A stretch of DNA of 63,576 bases, filler included, from Basidiobolus meristosporus CBS 931.73 (GCA_002104905.1; 4 parts of 4 records of this genome joined end to end with filler, not necessarily neighbours in it), one strand, 5' to 3'; counted from the whole stretch's first letter, positions 14,080-28,832 are shown. The notes: generated by a model from the sequence alone, not told the origin. Made by a program: numbers and translations.

Positions 14080-16803
14080 GCATGCTCTTGTGGTGCTCAC
14101 GAGTGTACGTCGATTATAACAATTTCCTTCGTGTGTCGCGTCGGAATTGGCATGTGAATATTCTGGCTCTTAATATATATATATCTATCTCGTTTACTCC
14201 CATCATCATTCATTAACTCGGAAGGTTAGAACTATGATCTTCATTTCAACGCATAATAAAGCGGCGTCAATGAGCTTTGATTCTTCAAAAATCTCCGATT
14301 CTATCGCTTAGCATCAAGATGTGATACACTGTCCCCCTTGAGTTAGACTGCTGACAATGAAGTCTTTTCTGGATGTTGTATTACCATGACACCATCCTTG
14401 CGTCATTTGTGAGTGGTTCTTTAGATCAACTAATAAGGTAGTTGAAACGGAACTTCCATGTCAAGGAGTAGCAGGTCTCAAAAATTTATACCAGTAACAG
14501 CAGCGTCTATACTGTTTTGCAAAGAATACGACGTTCTGTCTCCATAACTTGTTGCTGCGATTTCCATAATGACCACTTGGCATCGATATAAACACCCTGC
14601 ATCTCTCGCAATTGGCACTCACTTCTAAAGTGTGGACTTGGTGCAAAAGAATATCGGTGGCCATAAACAGTGTGAAGGTCGACATTACACCGCTCAATAC
14701 CAAACAATCAATAGTGGGTGCCGACATCATTAATCCTGATGAATGTGCTCACGAGCTCGGAATAGTCAGTGCTGGCTAAAAACAAAGCCAGCATGAGTGA
14801 TTTGCTAAATTAATTCTTCCCGCCTTGTGGTGGCCAAGGTACACGTGTCGCAAACACAGGAAATGGAAGTTATGGGGCTGTTGTTAGCATGTTTGAGCAC
14901 AGTTTGTACTATGGACTTGGGATATCATTGCCAATACTAAAACTGCTCCTCAAATTAATTTGGCACTACGCTATAATTGGCTTAAATCAACAACGACCTT
15001 GATTACCTGATATTAGATCGGATACCCGAGCCCTACTGAAAGCTAGTTTGTGTGGACTAAATTATGAGCCCACATTTGCATTGCATTCTGGCTCAACACA
15101 GCTCTGCATCTAACAAGCGTAGCAAGTGTAAACACAATTGTTCCCAGTAGCTACACAACGTATCGAATCAGGGCACTCTATTTCCAACAATGGCCGCTCA
15201 TGCAGCACGAGTTTACAGATCAGGCAGTGGACAGTGATGAGATATATCTGCTTGCTTATTTTAGAATTTGTCTCGTCCTGGTTCTTGTCTAATAATCGTG
15301 TATAATCACCGCATTAATTAGTCAGCGTTCCTCATTGAATAGGCTAAAGCAATACAAATACAACCAAATGTGCATAGCATAAGCCTTGTAGTACCTGGGA
15401 GACATAGCAATTCTTGAAAAGGTGTAGCCGCCCCAGGAAGAGATCATATTCTTCACAACTCCATGCACCTTGTAACACAGCCACGGGTATACTCATGCGG
15501 ATTTCCTTACCTGTGCCAAAGGAGCATATGAGGTATTTGCAGGTTGGCTTGAATTAAACGAATGTTTCAACAGGGTTCAGTTGGTACCCGCTTATGTACT
15601 GAATCTATTGCCCAGGCTCTGCTGCTCGGACCTAAGTTTCTCCAGTATTAACGAAGTCTTACAATGGGTGCTCCATTGGTTCATAGGCGTAGGTATATTT
15701 ATCGAAACTAGAACAGATTGCTTGGCTGCAGAAGATTCATGCAGTGGTACAGGAAAACCAAGGCTATGCGATTACACTAATCTAATTAGATATTCGATTT
15801 TCAATGCATCATCCTTATCATCGGGTGTGGGATGGCTGATAGAAGGTTAGCTTCATTCGAGGATGGTATACCGTCTGCCAGTCTCAGCTGATTTATCGAT
15901 CATCCAGCTTGAAATGGCCAGCGATGATCAGTGCACCACTCCAAATGGTTCTAGCGAACCAGGTAACGGGCTCTGTGTTGTATTGCATACCCTTAGAACG
16001 AGCACTTCCTCATTCGCCAGGAGTGCGATGAGGCGAAAAGGAAAAGCTCTGCCAGCCCATGCGTCAGCAAGAAGGCTTCTGATTGGGCACGGGATATTGG
16101 CATGCTGGATGGAGCCTGGGTCAATTGCTCCATTAAATAATACGCCAAAGGGTGCCATTTACTGCTTGCGGTAAAGCCTATTGTTCAAATCAGTCAATTT
16201 ATCCGACATAGGAATGGGCATACCGATGAGTATGCTTAGCTCACCCCGTGTGTAGAAGCGATAGGAGACCATGTCTCAGTTGCCTTTTGGATCGGAAGTC
16301 AATATCAGAGGCACACAAGAGCACAGCTGTACCCACAACGTCCACTTAGTATTATTTTGGTCGAGACCCGGTGAATCCAGAGACCACAATATCTACGCCT
16401 ATTATGGCTCAGTAGAAGTCGGAATCTTAATGATACGGTGTGAGAATATATTGCGCGACTTGTATTTTTTCAGCCTACAGTGGCCTATGTACCTCGCCGG
16501 GTTTCACAGCGAAAATTGAACTGGTTTGCGATAAAAATGGGGCTTGATTTTGGGATTTTCTGGTTTCTCTTGAGGCGATTGAGGAGCCACTCCAACACTC
16601 CTCATACATAAAAGTGTGTGCTCTTCCTGGATGGCCTCATCATTAGTCTCCTTTTTCATCCGATCTTCCGATTGACGCTTGGCCGTCAATTCACATTTTA
16701 TATTTTTTTAGCTTTGCTTCATCTTTGACATCGGTGCTCTCCTCCGACCAGAGCCCACCCATTCATCAACAGTTTTGTGCTCACGACATACCCCACTTTA
16801 ATC

Positions 16804-18091
16804 ATGAGACTGCCTCAGATTGTAGAATCCTTCGTAGTTTTGAGCTTGGCTGCGTCTGCCCTCAGCCACAACACCTGCCAGGTTCCCTCTCCAAAGACCC
16901 ATGTGTCCTATCGTTCCTCCGGCTCTATCGTACTTGATGGCAAGCTGGACGATGAGGCGTGGCAAAAGGTCCCATGGACCGATTATTTCGGCAACATTCA
17001 GGGTCCCTCCGGCGTGGCCCCTCCTTCAATTATGAATACTCGTGTCAAGGTGAGTTCACTAGGCGCCAGTGGCGATTTGTCTGGCTCTTGATTAATCTCC
17101 CACCGCAGATCATGTTTGACGAAGAATACATCTATGTTGGAGCCCGGATAGACGAGGAGGTTATTCGTGCTAAGAAAAGTTATTGCGTTGGGGAAGGTTG
17201 GTGTGCATTCATGTGGTGATGATGAGGATGATGATCCAATCTAACGACAACTCCTTAGTCTGGGATGATAACGATTTCCAATTCTATCTTGATGCGGGTC
17301 GTACCAACACCAATCTCAAGGTGATCAAGATGAATGCCTTGGGGCTTTATGAAGCGTTGATTTACGACAAACCCATTGCCAACAAGGGCGTGGGCAAGCC
17401 TTGGGACATTAAGTCCAAGTTCGAGTTCAAGGTGTACACCAATGGAAAGGTCAACGACCCCAGCTGGCGCAAGGTCAAGGGCGGCTACTGGTCAGTGGAA
17501 TGGAAGCTTCATAAAAGCCTGTTGTCTACCACGACCTTGGCGAAGCGCGATGTCCAGGGCGTCCCCGCCTACCAGAACATGAACTTTTTGCGGACTGGAT
17601 ACAATCCCACCTCAGTTTATCCTCTCCCGAACCAGGCAAATGCAACAAGCACCGCCTCCCTATTCTTTGGAATCCCACCTGTGGCTAATGGTGGCTTGAA
17701 GAAACGCCATCAGGTTACCCCCAGATATCAATTCTCATGGACTCCTCAGTATTCCAATGATCCTACTAACTCTGACCTATGGGGCCATATGGAGTTCAAG
17801 GACTCCACCAACACATCGCTACCTTTTGTCGAGGATCCCAACTATTCTACTCGATTCGCTCTGACCCAGGTGTACTATGCCCAGCAAGCCTACGCTGCTC
17901 AAAATGGTGGAAAGTATGCCAACGTGTACTCGAAGCTGAATCTCAACTCGGAGGTCATTGGCAAGTGTGTTCCAGTTCCCAAGATTGAGGTCTCCCACGA
18001 TTGCCATAATTTCAATGCGTTCATCAAGAAGAACAAGGTTGTCGGAGCTATCGATGATAGTCGCACGATCAGTTTCAAACCACAGCCATAA
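16804..18091 (+). CDS. Secreted carbohydrate-binding family 9-like (DOMON-like) protein
   Basis: Signal peptide MRLPQIVESFVVLSLAASA; LDGKLDDEAWQKVPWTDYF, TRVK-IMFDEEYIYVGA, WDDNDFQFYLD, WSVEWK, NFLR, WTPQ, LWGHMEF; introns present. Confidence 0.75.
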
Positions 18092-19345
18092 GACTTTCTC
18101 TTCCATATTTTGGGTTTCGTTTATATAGTTCTAACCATCCGAAGTCAAAAAACTAAAGTTCCGAATGAATTCCTGTCTCCTAGGAAGCCCCAATGTAGCC
18201 AATCATTTTTTCACTTTGCATTCCCAAACACACTGCGCTCAAGCTTGGTTCCACTGGGCACCTCGTACCATTATTATATCTGGCGAATAAATTGTTGGTT
18301 GCGTTCAGAGGCTCACCCCGTCGAAAGGTCATACATACCTAAGATGCTTCGGCAGAATGTTGGCTAGCCAGCATGAAGCACGCCCAGCATTTGGCAAGTA
18401 TATGCCCGTCGGTGGTGGGCTACCTCCACACACTCTAAACAAATAAAGACACCCCATTGACCACATGTCTGTCCCTCCTTATGTGCGGCCTATAAAGATG
18501 GGGCAACTCTCTGGGATTTCTGATCTGGCATCATGCTAATCACACGGGGCAAGGATACTGCTGCAAGGTAGCACATGTGTAACAGATCCATATTCATTTC
18601 TGATGCTATCAGTGGTGAATGTGTGATTTGCCTGGTAGCATCGTGTAATAGGCCTTCCGATCTTCAAACACTTGCTTTACAAAGCTCCCTTTGCCCATTC
18701 CACATGAGCTCATATGTCCCATAATTTCCCATACATACCTGCTGTTCCCTTGTGAATATAGATACTGGTGTCATCCAGGGCGACATCAATCCCACATCTA
18801 ATGCAGACTGCATCATTCACGCAAGAATCCGGCGTTCAAGCCCATGGATGCTTGTGAAAGAGACAGTTATAATGATCCCACACCAAACATCTACCAGGTT
18901 GTCAATTCTGCCTGAGGTGTGATTCATGGCCATTCCTGGCAAATTACATGCAACGCAGCGGCTATTCTTCTGAAATAGCCCATCCATTGCTGCATGCTTC
19001 TTAATGTAATCGTTGCAATCAGAGACAATGAGGCTAGTTGACTCATCGGGAGGTCATCCGCAATGCTGATAGGGTTGAAGTCTCCGTCATCCCTGTGGTT
19101 GTCCACAGTGAATTATTAATAGATTGAGAGTGAAACAAGATTGATTACACGTACAGAGGGAATTAACAACCTCAACTAAACCAAAATTTACTTATTGCGT
19201 TTGTCACACTGAGATTTTCTCATCACCTAGCTCTACATGCAATCCACAGCTTTTGGTTACATGACGACTTAATAAATAGGCCACCATTTCCCTTCAAACC
19301 TTGACGAGAAGTTCTATCAGAGCCTTGTCTATTGGAAGAGTAACA

Positions 19346-20425
19346 ATGAGCAACTCACCAAGTCGCTACCAGTTCTTCTTAGTATGCTTTTCAATTGCAG
19401 TTGCCCAGATGGGTTATGGTGGCTTTGCTATTGCAGCGAAGTTATGTTTCTCTGGGGAGGAGCAAATTGACCCTATCCTCTTCACTTTCCTTCGCAACTC
19501 TTTTGCTACCCCACTACTCTTTCTCTTAGCCTATGTTGTGGAAAAACCTGAAAAATTTCTCCCGGACAGAGAGGATTGGTTGCCATTCCTACGCCTCGGG
19601 CTATTTGCGAACTTCTTTAACCACGTTTTCAACACTGTGGGTCTAAAATTGGCGCCTGCGTTTAACGGGACCCTAATTCAGCAAACGGTTCCTGCTATTG
19701 CTACTATCATAGCCGGGTTTCTTCATTTGGAGGTGGTGTCCCCGAGGAAGCCTACAGGTCTCTGTAAAATTATCGGTATTGTCCTATCACTCCTTGGGGC
19801 GGTCATGATCTTACTTCCAAAAGATACCGCGGAGCAGCCTAGCAAGGAGGGTTTCGAACTTTTCCTTGGAAACGTGTTTTTCATCATAAACGGCGCTTCC
19901 TACGCTTGCTCTGTCTTCTTGCAGCGGCCTCTGCTGAAGAAGTACCCGCCTGTTTACGTGACAGCTTGGACTTTCTGCTGTGGTGCGGCTCTCTTGAGTT
20001 TAGGATTTCTTGGTTCGCTGGGAACTGGGGATATCTTGGCACCACAGCGCTGGCACATTGGTACGAAAGCTTGGTTAGGTTTGGCCTACTCGGTAATTGT
20101 CGGAAGTGTTTTCGGCTTTGCTATTCTGAGTTGGGGCAACAAACTGGTTGGCCCGGTTCTCACAACTAGTTTTACTCCATTGCAGCCTGTAATGACTGCT
20201 TTGCTTTCATCGTGGTTCTTGGATTATCACCTCGAGACTACTGATTACATCGCCGCCACCTTGATCTTTTCTGGTCTCTTTGCCGTCACTGCAAGTAAGT
20301 ATGTTGAAGGACGGCAGGCTGCCAGACAGAAGGGAGATGAGATTGTCGACACTGACGAGCCGGCCTCTGATGCTGAGAGCCGATCGCTCATGGATAGCAA
20401 GAAAGTCATCAGAACATATTCTTGA
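19346..20425 (+). CDS. EamA/DMT family transporter (WAT1/MtN21-like), intronless
   Basis: About 10 hydrophobic segments in two repeats; DPILFTFLRN, QQTVPAIATI, LQPVMTALLS. Confidence 0.88.
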   Translation: MSNSPSRYQFFLVCFSIAVAQMGYGGFAIAAKLCFSGEEQIDPILFTFLRNSFATPLLFLLAYVVEKPEKFLPDREDWLPFLRLGLFANFFNHVFNTVGLKLAPAFNGTLIQQTVPAIATIIAGFLHLEVVSPRKPTGLCKIIGIVLSLLGAVMILLPKDTAEQPSKEGFELFLGNVFFIINGASYACSVFLQRPLLKKYPPVYVTAWTFCCGAALLSLGFLGSLGTGDILAPQRWHIGTKAWLGLAYSVIVGSVFGFAILSWGNKLVGPVLTTSFTPLQPVMTALLSSWFLDYHLETTDYIAATLIFSGLFAVTASKYVEGRQAARQKGDEIVDTDEPASDAESRSLMDSKKVIRTYS

Positions 20426-23256
20426 TAAGGGTAATCGAAAGTTAGAGAAATAACACTTAGCTGTTCAACCAGTCTAGATTATCAGATCCGATGGTTAATG
20501 TTCAAAGATTGCAGTAGTTTTAAAGTGTATCATAATTCATACATACATGTCCACCACGAGAAATATTCAGATATCTTCGATGTAACACAATAATAGTATT
20601 AGTAATTAAAGCTTGCAGCACAATAAACGGCCTGTTTATTTTCTGTCAGCGTAAGATCCTAGTCTGCTCAGCCATGCTATGAATTTCACGACGTTTGATG
20701 CACTACTATCGCTTAGCCCCACGAAATGCAAGAGATAAGACACTTCATGGGTTCGTAGAGCCACGCTCTGACCATACTCCTAAACTGCCAATGTCTGTAT
20801 TAGATCTATCGCCGATTTCTTAACACAGAGGAGGCTCCAAGCATGTGGTCGAACCTTTTTGACCTTACCCCATAATACGCTCATGAGCGAGATGAGCATG
20901 TGCTCTAATGAATCTGCTACAGATACCTGATTTCGACAGTGCTCACAAGGCAATGTTGCACACCTTGCGGAGGCTAACGGTCTATTCGGCGGATTTCACC
21001 CTTCCGGTCATTCAGCCAAATTGACCACCAGCATCAAGGCCAGAAAGCGGCAAGACTAAAATAAATGTTGCCGCAAGGCAGGGGTTTATCAAAAGTAGAA
21101 AATATTCTCCGTTCTCAGATGAATCTCTACCCCATATGCATGATTTGCCCTGAGCAGTTGCTTGATATATTCCTTATTTGCACTGTTATGGACAGAAGAA
21201 ATAAGGCCAGATAGTGGTAGTAGCCCTGTGCACTATAGGTCCCCAAGTGACCCCTTTAAGCTACCGGTTCGGCTGCGATCCAAACCTTGTCACAGGAACC
21301 TGAATTCAGCTTTAGTCACTAGTTGAATCGATGCTGCTTGGAGTATGATCTGGAAAGGACCAGTGAACGTAATGCGGCATAGCATAGGAACTTCGATAAT
21401 TCATACAAATTCTGGCAGATGTTACTGTCCCGCTTTGTTTGTTGGTGCTTGTGTAGTACTTCGGATGACGAAGCGACTCACTAGCTACAAAAAGGTTAAA
21501 TATTGCACCAGGGTTGAGTCCTGCCCAACTACCTAAGACAAATAGGATTGTCCCTTTTCATCACCAAATAGCAGTGAAGTGAAACCGTTCAGCGAGGTAT
21601 AGCTCGAAATAGGTAACCTCTCCATACTTATATGTAATGTCGGCCGAGTCACGTTGTATGGAGATATCAACGTTCTATACCGGCTTCGGCATGACATGTG
21701 AAATTCGGCGAGAATGATACTAAGATACTCTTCATCAATGTTACGACCACTTGGAATTACTGAGCTTGGTGTCACCATTTATGATGATATTGAATTCTTG
21801 AATATTTGATTTAGGTAGGCGGAGTATCTTCGTTAGGAATTTTACCACGTTCTTGTCTGATCCATACACTGGCGTTTGATTTGGCAACTGACACATTCCA
21901 TGATGGCCTCCTTTCAACTCAATGAGAGATAAGCGCTTTCGTATCCTCAAATACACCCTCATTGCTAGAGCATCTCACGTCTCTCTTCCATAGGTCTGAA
22001 TCGATGACCGACACTGAAACAATCAGGTATGTAGTGTAAAGATCAAGGAGTAGATTGTCTGATCGTCCCTAAATATGCTTCATTAGTATATGTGAAAGTC
22101 TGAACTATGGAGGAATGATTCCCTTCCTGGTAGTTGCTGATTGAATTAATATTCAAAGTTTACTACCATTTGTACACATCAATATGAACCCTTTAACATA
22201 TCTCATCCACTTTTCATCACAATTGTCCATATTCACATGACTGGTATGAATGGAAATCTTGATCTAGATATGATATCACTGAATGGCCATTTCACTGTGA
22301 TCATTGTGAGCAGAAGAAAAGTCCGTTCAGATGAGTTTCAAATATGCACAACATGGACACACCATAGTGGTAAGTATTAGCCCTGTTTTTTGTTTTTGGA
22401 CACATATCTAGAGCCAGCCTAAAATATGCAAAGAATCCATCTGTTTTCAGTTATATTATGGTAACAGCAGGCATAAGATGTATTCACTTCCACAGCGTGT
22501 ATACAAGACAACCCACTATAACCACCGCAACAGTATCTTTCTTAGAGTTTGCATCATACCTGTATACCCAGAACTAACTTTTTAAGCTACAGACCTATCG
22601 AGATTCACATATTCAAGTACCAAGTAACACATGCAAGCCAACCAGCTGGCCTAATCTCAACGCAATATGATATAGGCAGTCACCCTTCCTCACAACCCCA
22701 AGACCGAAACACACGCGCTGGTGACAGAAAGTCACTTCCCTCAAGTGGCCCTACTAACAATCGGAATTGATACGATAATAAAGTAAGTCAGCATGACATC
22801 GGCCTAATCAAAACTAATCTGATGAGTAATTGCACATAGAATTAGAAAGCACATACTTCCTGAGATTATTGAGCAGCATGATCGCCATATTACTAAAATC
22901 AAGCCACGGGGGTAGAGATTCTGTGGTTACTGAAGAGGATATCATGATCGCAATATGCGTGTTTGGTGTCCACAACGAACCTGTGTTACTATTTAATATA
23001 CGGATTGGTTAGGATTGGACTGGGGGTATCGCAAGATATCTGTGGATAGATGTGTTTATCAGATGGTAATGGTGCGAATTGTGTGCCCTGTGGGAATGTG
23101 CGGACTATACTAGATGGGATTACTTGACTATTGGGACATTTTTGTTGCTTTGGAAAAGCGATGGCTACCTTGACTAAAGGGAGTGTGGCATATTTATAAA
23201 TGAGGAAAGGCGAATGTATACAGTCATTGGTGGAAAATGTACGGATCTCTATCGGA

Positions 23257-24365
23257 TCAGAGCGGAGAGGTTAAAACAGAGGCTTGGTATAGAGGCAGTG
23301 CCACTGTTGGGATGGTGGGGTGGGCGTCACTTTGAATTACTGACTCGTAAGAAGGAGGGCCCGGTATAAGATGGTAGAGAGGGAGAGCCTCTGATGCGTC
23401 GTGGTTTTGGGACGAAATAAGAATTGGAAGCTCGTGGTAAGCATTATGCAAGTCTCCCTTATAGCTGATGTCAAGGCGAACTTGAAGGCGGTGGGTAACC
23501 TCAATATACTGATTGCTGGAGTCATATATTTTCAGAGAGGATGGGATTTTGATCATCATTTTGTTTTCTCCATTCACACCATCATCGTTCAACCATACGA
23601 AGGTCATGTCCAATGTTTTCTCGGTTTCTCTGATCACCGCATTTGGCACGACTGGAGATTTGTAGGTGATGCTCTGCTTCAACATGCAAGCGGCAAGTAA
23701 AATCCGAACCAATTTAGTGTCGTCGGTTACTTGGTGCTGTATTTTCAGTGGAAACTCGTCGCCAGGTGCATGCCGAAACCCAGGGATGGAGATGGAGCAT
23801 ACAAGCATATCTCTCCAACTTTGGCTTATATTTGTGATGTGCCGTGAGGTTAGCAATGAGTCAACTTGCCGTTGAACGCATAGGGGTTTTTCGGTTTTTA
23901 GATTGAAGTGGGTTAAACTGGTGAAGACTGCGGCCTTGAATTTGTACTGAATCGAACCATGCTGGGACCGCACGCTTTCCGGTAAATGGGTAGGCAAACA
24001 GAGATAAAAATCAAATGTGTTACTTAGGCCACCGCTAAATGTTTTCCCCCTATTCTCATCGAGAAAAACCCAGTTTGTTTCGAAGAATGCAGTTTTGCTT
24101 TTACGAATATCTGAGTGGTAGAGGTGATCAGTCGAGGGAAAGGGCATCGGATATATGAAGACTTGGACTTACCTGATGATGTTGATACTACATATCTTCC
24201 TTCAAACTGAAGCACGATCCTTTTGACTTTGATACAGGAGCCTGGAGTGAAAACCAGCGAACCGTGAAGGGTATTCTGCTCAGGTACTTCGAATCCGTTG
24301 AAGAGGATATTCTTATCGAGAATGATATCTAGCTGCGATTTTTTGGATATGGACAGCCTTTGCAT
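23257..24365 (-). CDS. Alpha-arrestin (PY-motif adaptor), one intron
   Basis: LHGSLVF, IKVKRIVLQFEG, GSIQYKFKA, YIEVTHRL; C-terminal LPLY/PPSY. Confidence 0.85.
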
Positions 24366-25192
24366 GGTAAGGACTTATGGATGATAACTACACTCCTGTG
24401 AGCACTCTTCCGGGTATTTATACATCGCATGATATCTCTAATATCGCTAAAAAGGGGGTGTCTTTGCATACCACCAGCAACCTTAATTTGACAAGCTGCT
24501 CATGGATGTTAGTAATCAAAGCCATTACAAATATATGAAACAAAGGATCTTCCCTGGCACTTACACAGAATGACTAATTTGTATCCGCAGCCTCCCCCAA
24601 CCGAATGCCCAGTTGTTATAGACCGGTAATCGAACACTCTACCTTTGCAAACCTGATTTGACGCCTACCTGACACAAGCATAGAAAGTGATTAATGTGCT
24701 CCTAAATAAGCTGCATTATCACTCCTTAAAAGCACCTCAATTCGTGATTTCATGGAGGCACTTGGGTTCGAATGATGCGGTATTGGCGATCGCAATAGTG
24801 AGCAGGCATTTTACTTGGTCCAAAGCGCCGAGCATGCATATCCAGTGCAATAACAATTGCCATGGAGACACCATGACCATGTTGAGTTATTGCGATGACT
24901 GCAGAGTACCACCGCTCATAGATTAAAATAGTCACCAATGTATTATCTAATATTTCCATGCAACTGGGTACCAAAGCGGGGTGTCGAGTGCTGATCAATT
25001 GCATGCACAATGCTTGGTTTATGTCCGGGGGACGTCCAGAGATGGATCTTGGAGGGTGACGAACGATCGACCTGAGCCTCCCGAGCACTTCCACTTGGGG
25101 ATCAAACAAGAATGGGGGCCACTGGCGTGCTGATGTTATAGGATTTATTTCGAAACTTTTGCGTATCCAAGGAGAAATTAAAAAACATCGAC

Positions 25193-25589
25193 TTAATGAG
25201 CACGGCGAGATTCAGCGATGACGTTAGACATCTCCTCGACCTTGGCCTTGGCACGAATGAAGGTACCGAGTCTCTTCTTAGCAAGCTTACGAGCACGCTT
25301 GTCCTTGGAGTTTTTCAACAATTCCATAATACGACGTTCATAAGGAGCGAAGCCGGCAACTTCACGAACGATTTCGCGGACAAACTTGACGCGCTTGGAG
25401 GCGACCTTCGAAAAGTAAGCAATCCAGTTAATCATCACGCTACTTCAATCATTCATCTGACACCCATCCATCCATCCATACGCAACTTACCCCCTTTTTG
25501 TGAGAAGGCTTGACCTTCAACTCGCGACGAGTAGTGATGTGACCGTGGTTAGCACCAAGGATGAGACCTGATCTTTGAGTAACAGCCAT
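25193..25589 (-). CDS. RPL36: 60S ribosomal protein L36, one intron
   Basis: [10 protein letters not shown]...KPSHKKG / [48 protein letters not shown]. Confidence 0.97.
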
Positions 25590-26094
25590 TTTACGCCAGC
25601 AAAGAAATGAGAGAAGGACAAACTTCGAAGATCTGATACAACATAAAGGATTCATTTCTTGCTTGCTCCTCCAATCCCGATTCATCACGTGATCAATTAA
25701 ATTTTACTCATTCCACCTTATGAACTTCCGAGGTTTTGTCCAATTTTTGCTACCAGATTCACTGATCCACATCGATGGGTTTCTGACACGTAGATCGCAC
25801 CATGGTAAATAAACCAATCAGTCAAATCTCAACTTTATTTATGGTATCATATGAATGGGAGATAGTGCAATTCCGAGAGAATCTTGCTGTCAGCAATCAT
25901 CATTCCGATTGGCAACCAATATATCGAAGAGCAAAAAATGGCCTCTTTTACACCCGTGGGTTGCAGACCGACAAATCCAGTTTTAGCTCACACCGCTAGT
26001 GCTGGTGGTATGATAAATGCATCGCCGCTGTCATCCCAAATGAGTGGAAATCAGATTTATTGTGTTCAAGTTGTCAGCTAAATTTAGATTACAT

Positions 26095-28047
26095 TCATAA
26101 TGGTGCGGTCTCACGAAGAAGCCAGTTGTAGGCCAATTCGTTATCCTTGAGAAGTGGGGCAATCTTCTCACGAGTGAGGGCGTGGTAGTCGTTGACCCAT
26201 TTGAGTTCCTCGGAGTTCAGCAAGGAGGTTTGAATCAGATTGCGCATCATTGGCACAAGTGTGATGTGCTCGAAGCCTAGATAGCCACGATTACCAAAGT
26301 TGTAGGAGGTGTTTTCTTCACGAACCAAAAGGATGTTTTCGATACGGATACCGAACTTGCCATCCTCATAATAGCCGGGCTCGTTGGTGACTGTCATGCC
26401 TTTCGAAAAGCCGACTTCATTGGCACTAGGGCGAATGGCAATTCCATGAGGACCTTCGTGAACATTTAAGAAGGACCCAACACCATGCCCAGTTCCGTGG
26501 CGGAAATCAAGTCCAGCCTTCCAAAGATGACTACGAGCAAAGGCATCAATCTGGTATCCAGTGGTTCCTTGGGGGAAAACGAGGGCATCAAGGGCGATGT
26601 GCCCCTTGAGAACTCTGGTATAACACTCACGCTCATACTCGGTGGGATTGGTGAAATGAAGTGTGCGGGTAACATCAGTGGTGCCATCATAGTATTGGGC
26701 TCCAGAGTCACATAGATAGATTTGGTTTTTGTCAATAATAGAGCAGGTCTCCTTTTCGGGCTTGTAGTGAATAATGGCACCATTGGGGCCAGTGGAAGAG
26801 ATGGTATCGAAGCTTAGGTCAAAGAAATCGGCTTGCTCTCTTCTGAATTGTTCAAGTCTATCTGCTCCATCGACTTCACTGATGTTGGTGTTGCCTTTGT
26901 TCACCAACTCATCCTCCAACCAAGCAAAGTAGCTAATCAACGCAGCAGAGTCTCTGAGATGGCATTGTCTCATGCCTTCGAGCTCGGTTTCATTTTTGAT
27001 GCTCTTGGCATCACTAATGGGTGAGCGAAGTTCGTGCACATTTTCGGCACCAATGGTTTCATAAAGAGCATAGCTGGCCTTATTCGAGAGGAGCAATTTC
27101 TGTAGTCATCAAAACCAGTGTAAATAGGCAAGGTCGCGAGAACTGGGCCTGCTTGTTCGCTTACCTTCTTCTCGGAAGCGGCTTGGATAGAGGTTTGTTT
27201 GAGATCATCCCAAACTGCGTTGTATGGCTTAACCTTGACATTTGCGTCCAGATATTTCTTGACCTATATGCTACGTTAGTCATCTGCAGGTATATTTCGA
27301 TTTATGCATCTTATTACTGACGTCATCGGTGAGCTTTTCCTCGTTGATATACAAGGTCGCTTCGTTGTCGGTCACGAGTGCATAAGAGAAAAAGACGGGG
27401 TTGCATTGGATGTCGTTGCCACGAAGATTAAATAACCAAGCAATTTCATCTAACGCCGAAACAATGAATCCGTAAGCATTGTGCTTGGCATATTCTTGTC
27501 GGACTTGCTTCAGCTTGTCTTCAATGGAGCGACCGGCATATTTGATAGGATGAACGAAGATTTTGTTCGAGGGGAAAGCAGGTTGATCATCCCAGATTTG
27601 ATCGATCAAATTCTCATGGATGGTGACCAAAGAGGAATCGACGCTTTGCAGTTCATCACGAAGTTTTCTAGCCTCAGGCGCAGTGAGGAGCTTGGGATCA
27701 ATTCCAACACGGGAGCCAGCAGGGAGGTTCTTCACGACATACTCCTGCCAAGTTGGAACGTCGGGAAGTCCTTGCTTCATAAGTGTCCAGTTGTTGTCAA
27801 GTTGCTTGGAAGCTTGCAGGAAGTAACGGCCATCGGTAAAGAGAGCGGCAGCTTCGGTAGAGACAACGGCACAACCGGCGGAGCCAGTGAAGCCAGAGAT
27901 GTAAGGTCTACGATTGTCAATGTCAGCTGTGTATTCACTTTGGTGGGCATCTTCACTTGGAATTATGTAGGCCTGGAGATTGTATTCCTTCTTTGCCATA
28001 AGCTCTCTGAGCTTTGCTAAACGGTGGGTGGTATTTGTGGCAGACAT
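26095..28047 (-). CDS. Xaa-Pro aminopeptidase P (XPNPEP1/Fra1-like), two introns
   Basis: [73 protein letters not shown]. Confidence 0.95.
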
Positions 28048-28832
28048 GCTTAATGTAGTATTATTTCAATGGAGCGGTGTCTTTGTGTCAGAAGAAAGCA
28101 AGAAGGCTTGGGAAATCAGGAACCACTAGAAGGATTGCAGGCAACTCTGAAGCTTTGGAGCAATTTTTGTCAAGAACCCGCCTGATTTAAAGTAGATGGC
28201 GTCTTCCTAGAATGGCGAGAAGACCAATCAACTTCTCAGGTTGCGTAATTATGTCACGTTTTATGATAAGATTTCTATGTAGTTGAGATTCAATGGATAT
28301 AGTAGTAAGAGATCCGTTTATAGTTCCAGATGACAAGACGAGCTGAAAGGACCAGGGCCTACCAATAGAAAGTTGGAGGCTGATTTACTCTCACCATTGA
28401 TAACATGTAGCAAAAAATGGGTGGTACTGAATCCATGCTGTGCATTGGACTCTATGCAACGGGCAACTACTGACGATTCTGTGTTACAATGCAGCAAAAA
28501 TGGGAATACTCGTGAGATAATGGTTCTATTCTGATGCCAAAATTCAACCTGTCACATCGAAAAGCTCGTACAACTACCGCCATGACAATCCTACAGGCCG
28601 TCACCCGAGGTGCTTGGTGCAGACCCACGTTAAATCCGGGTAACCTTCTTGGGATGGGTCAGGAATCAAACGACAACTGGGGAATGGAGGGTTGTATTGG
28701 TAGACGAAGTGCGTAGATTGTCAGGGCACATGATAATATTGGAGAGGACTGAAGGTTCTGGGGGGGATGCAGAGACACAGGGATACAGTGGATTCGGGAC
28801 GAATGAATTCAAGCAGGTTACATCGTGCCGTC

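Noticed and set aside
14461-14730. Small Cys-containing ORF as a secreted peptide
   Set aside because: Overlapping alternative ORFs, no recognisable motif or splice support.
21345-22400. Possible hidden gene between EamA and arrestin
   Set aside because: Only short ORFs with no coherent exon chain I could establish.
27481-28020. 179-aa plus-strand ORF
   Set aside because: Antisense shadow of aminopeptidase P.
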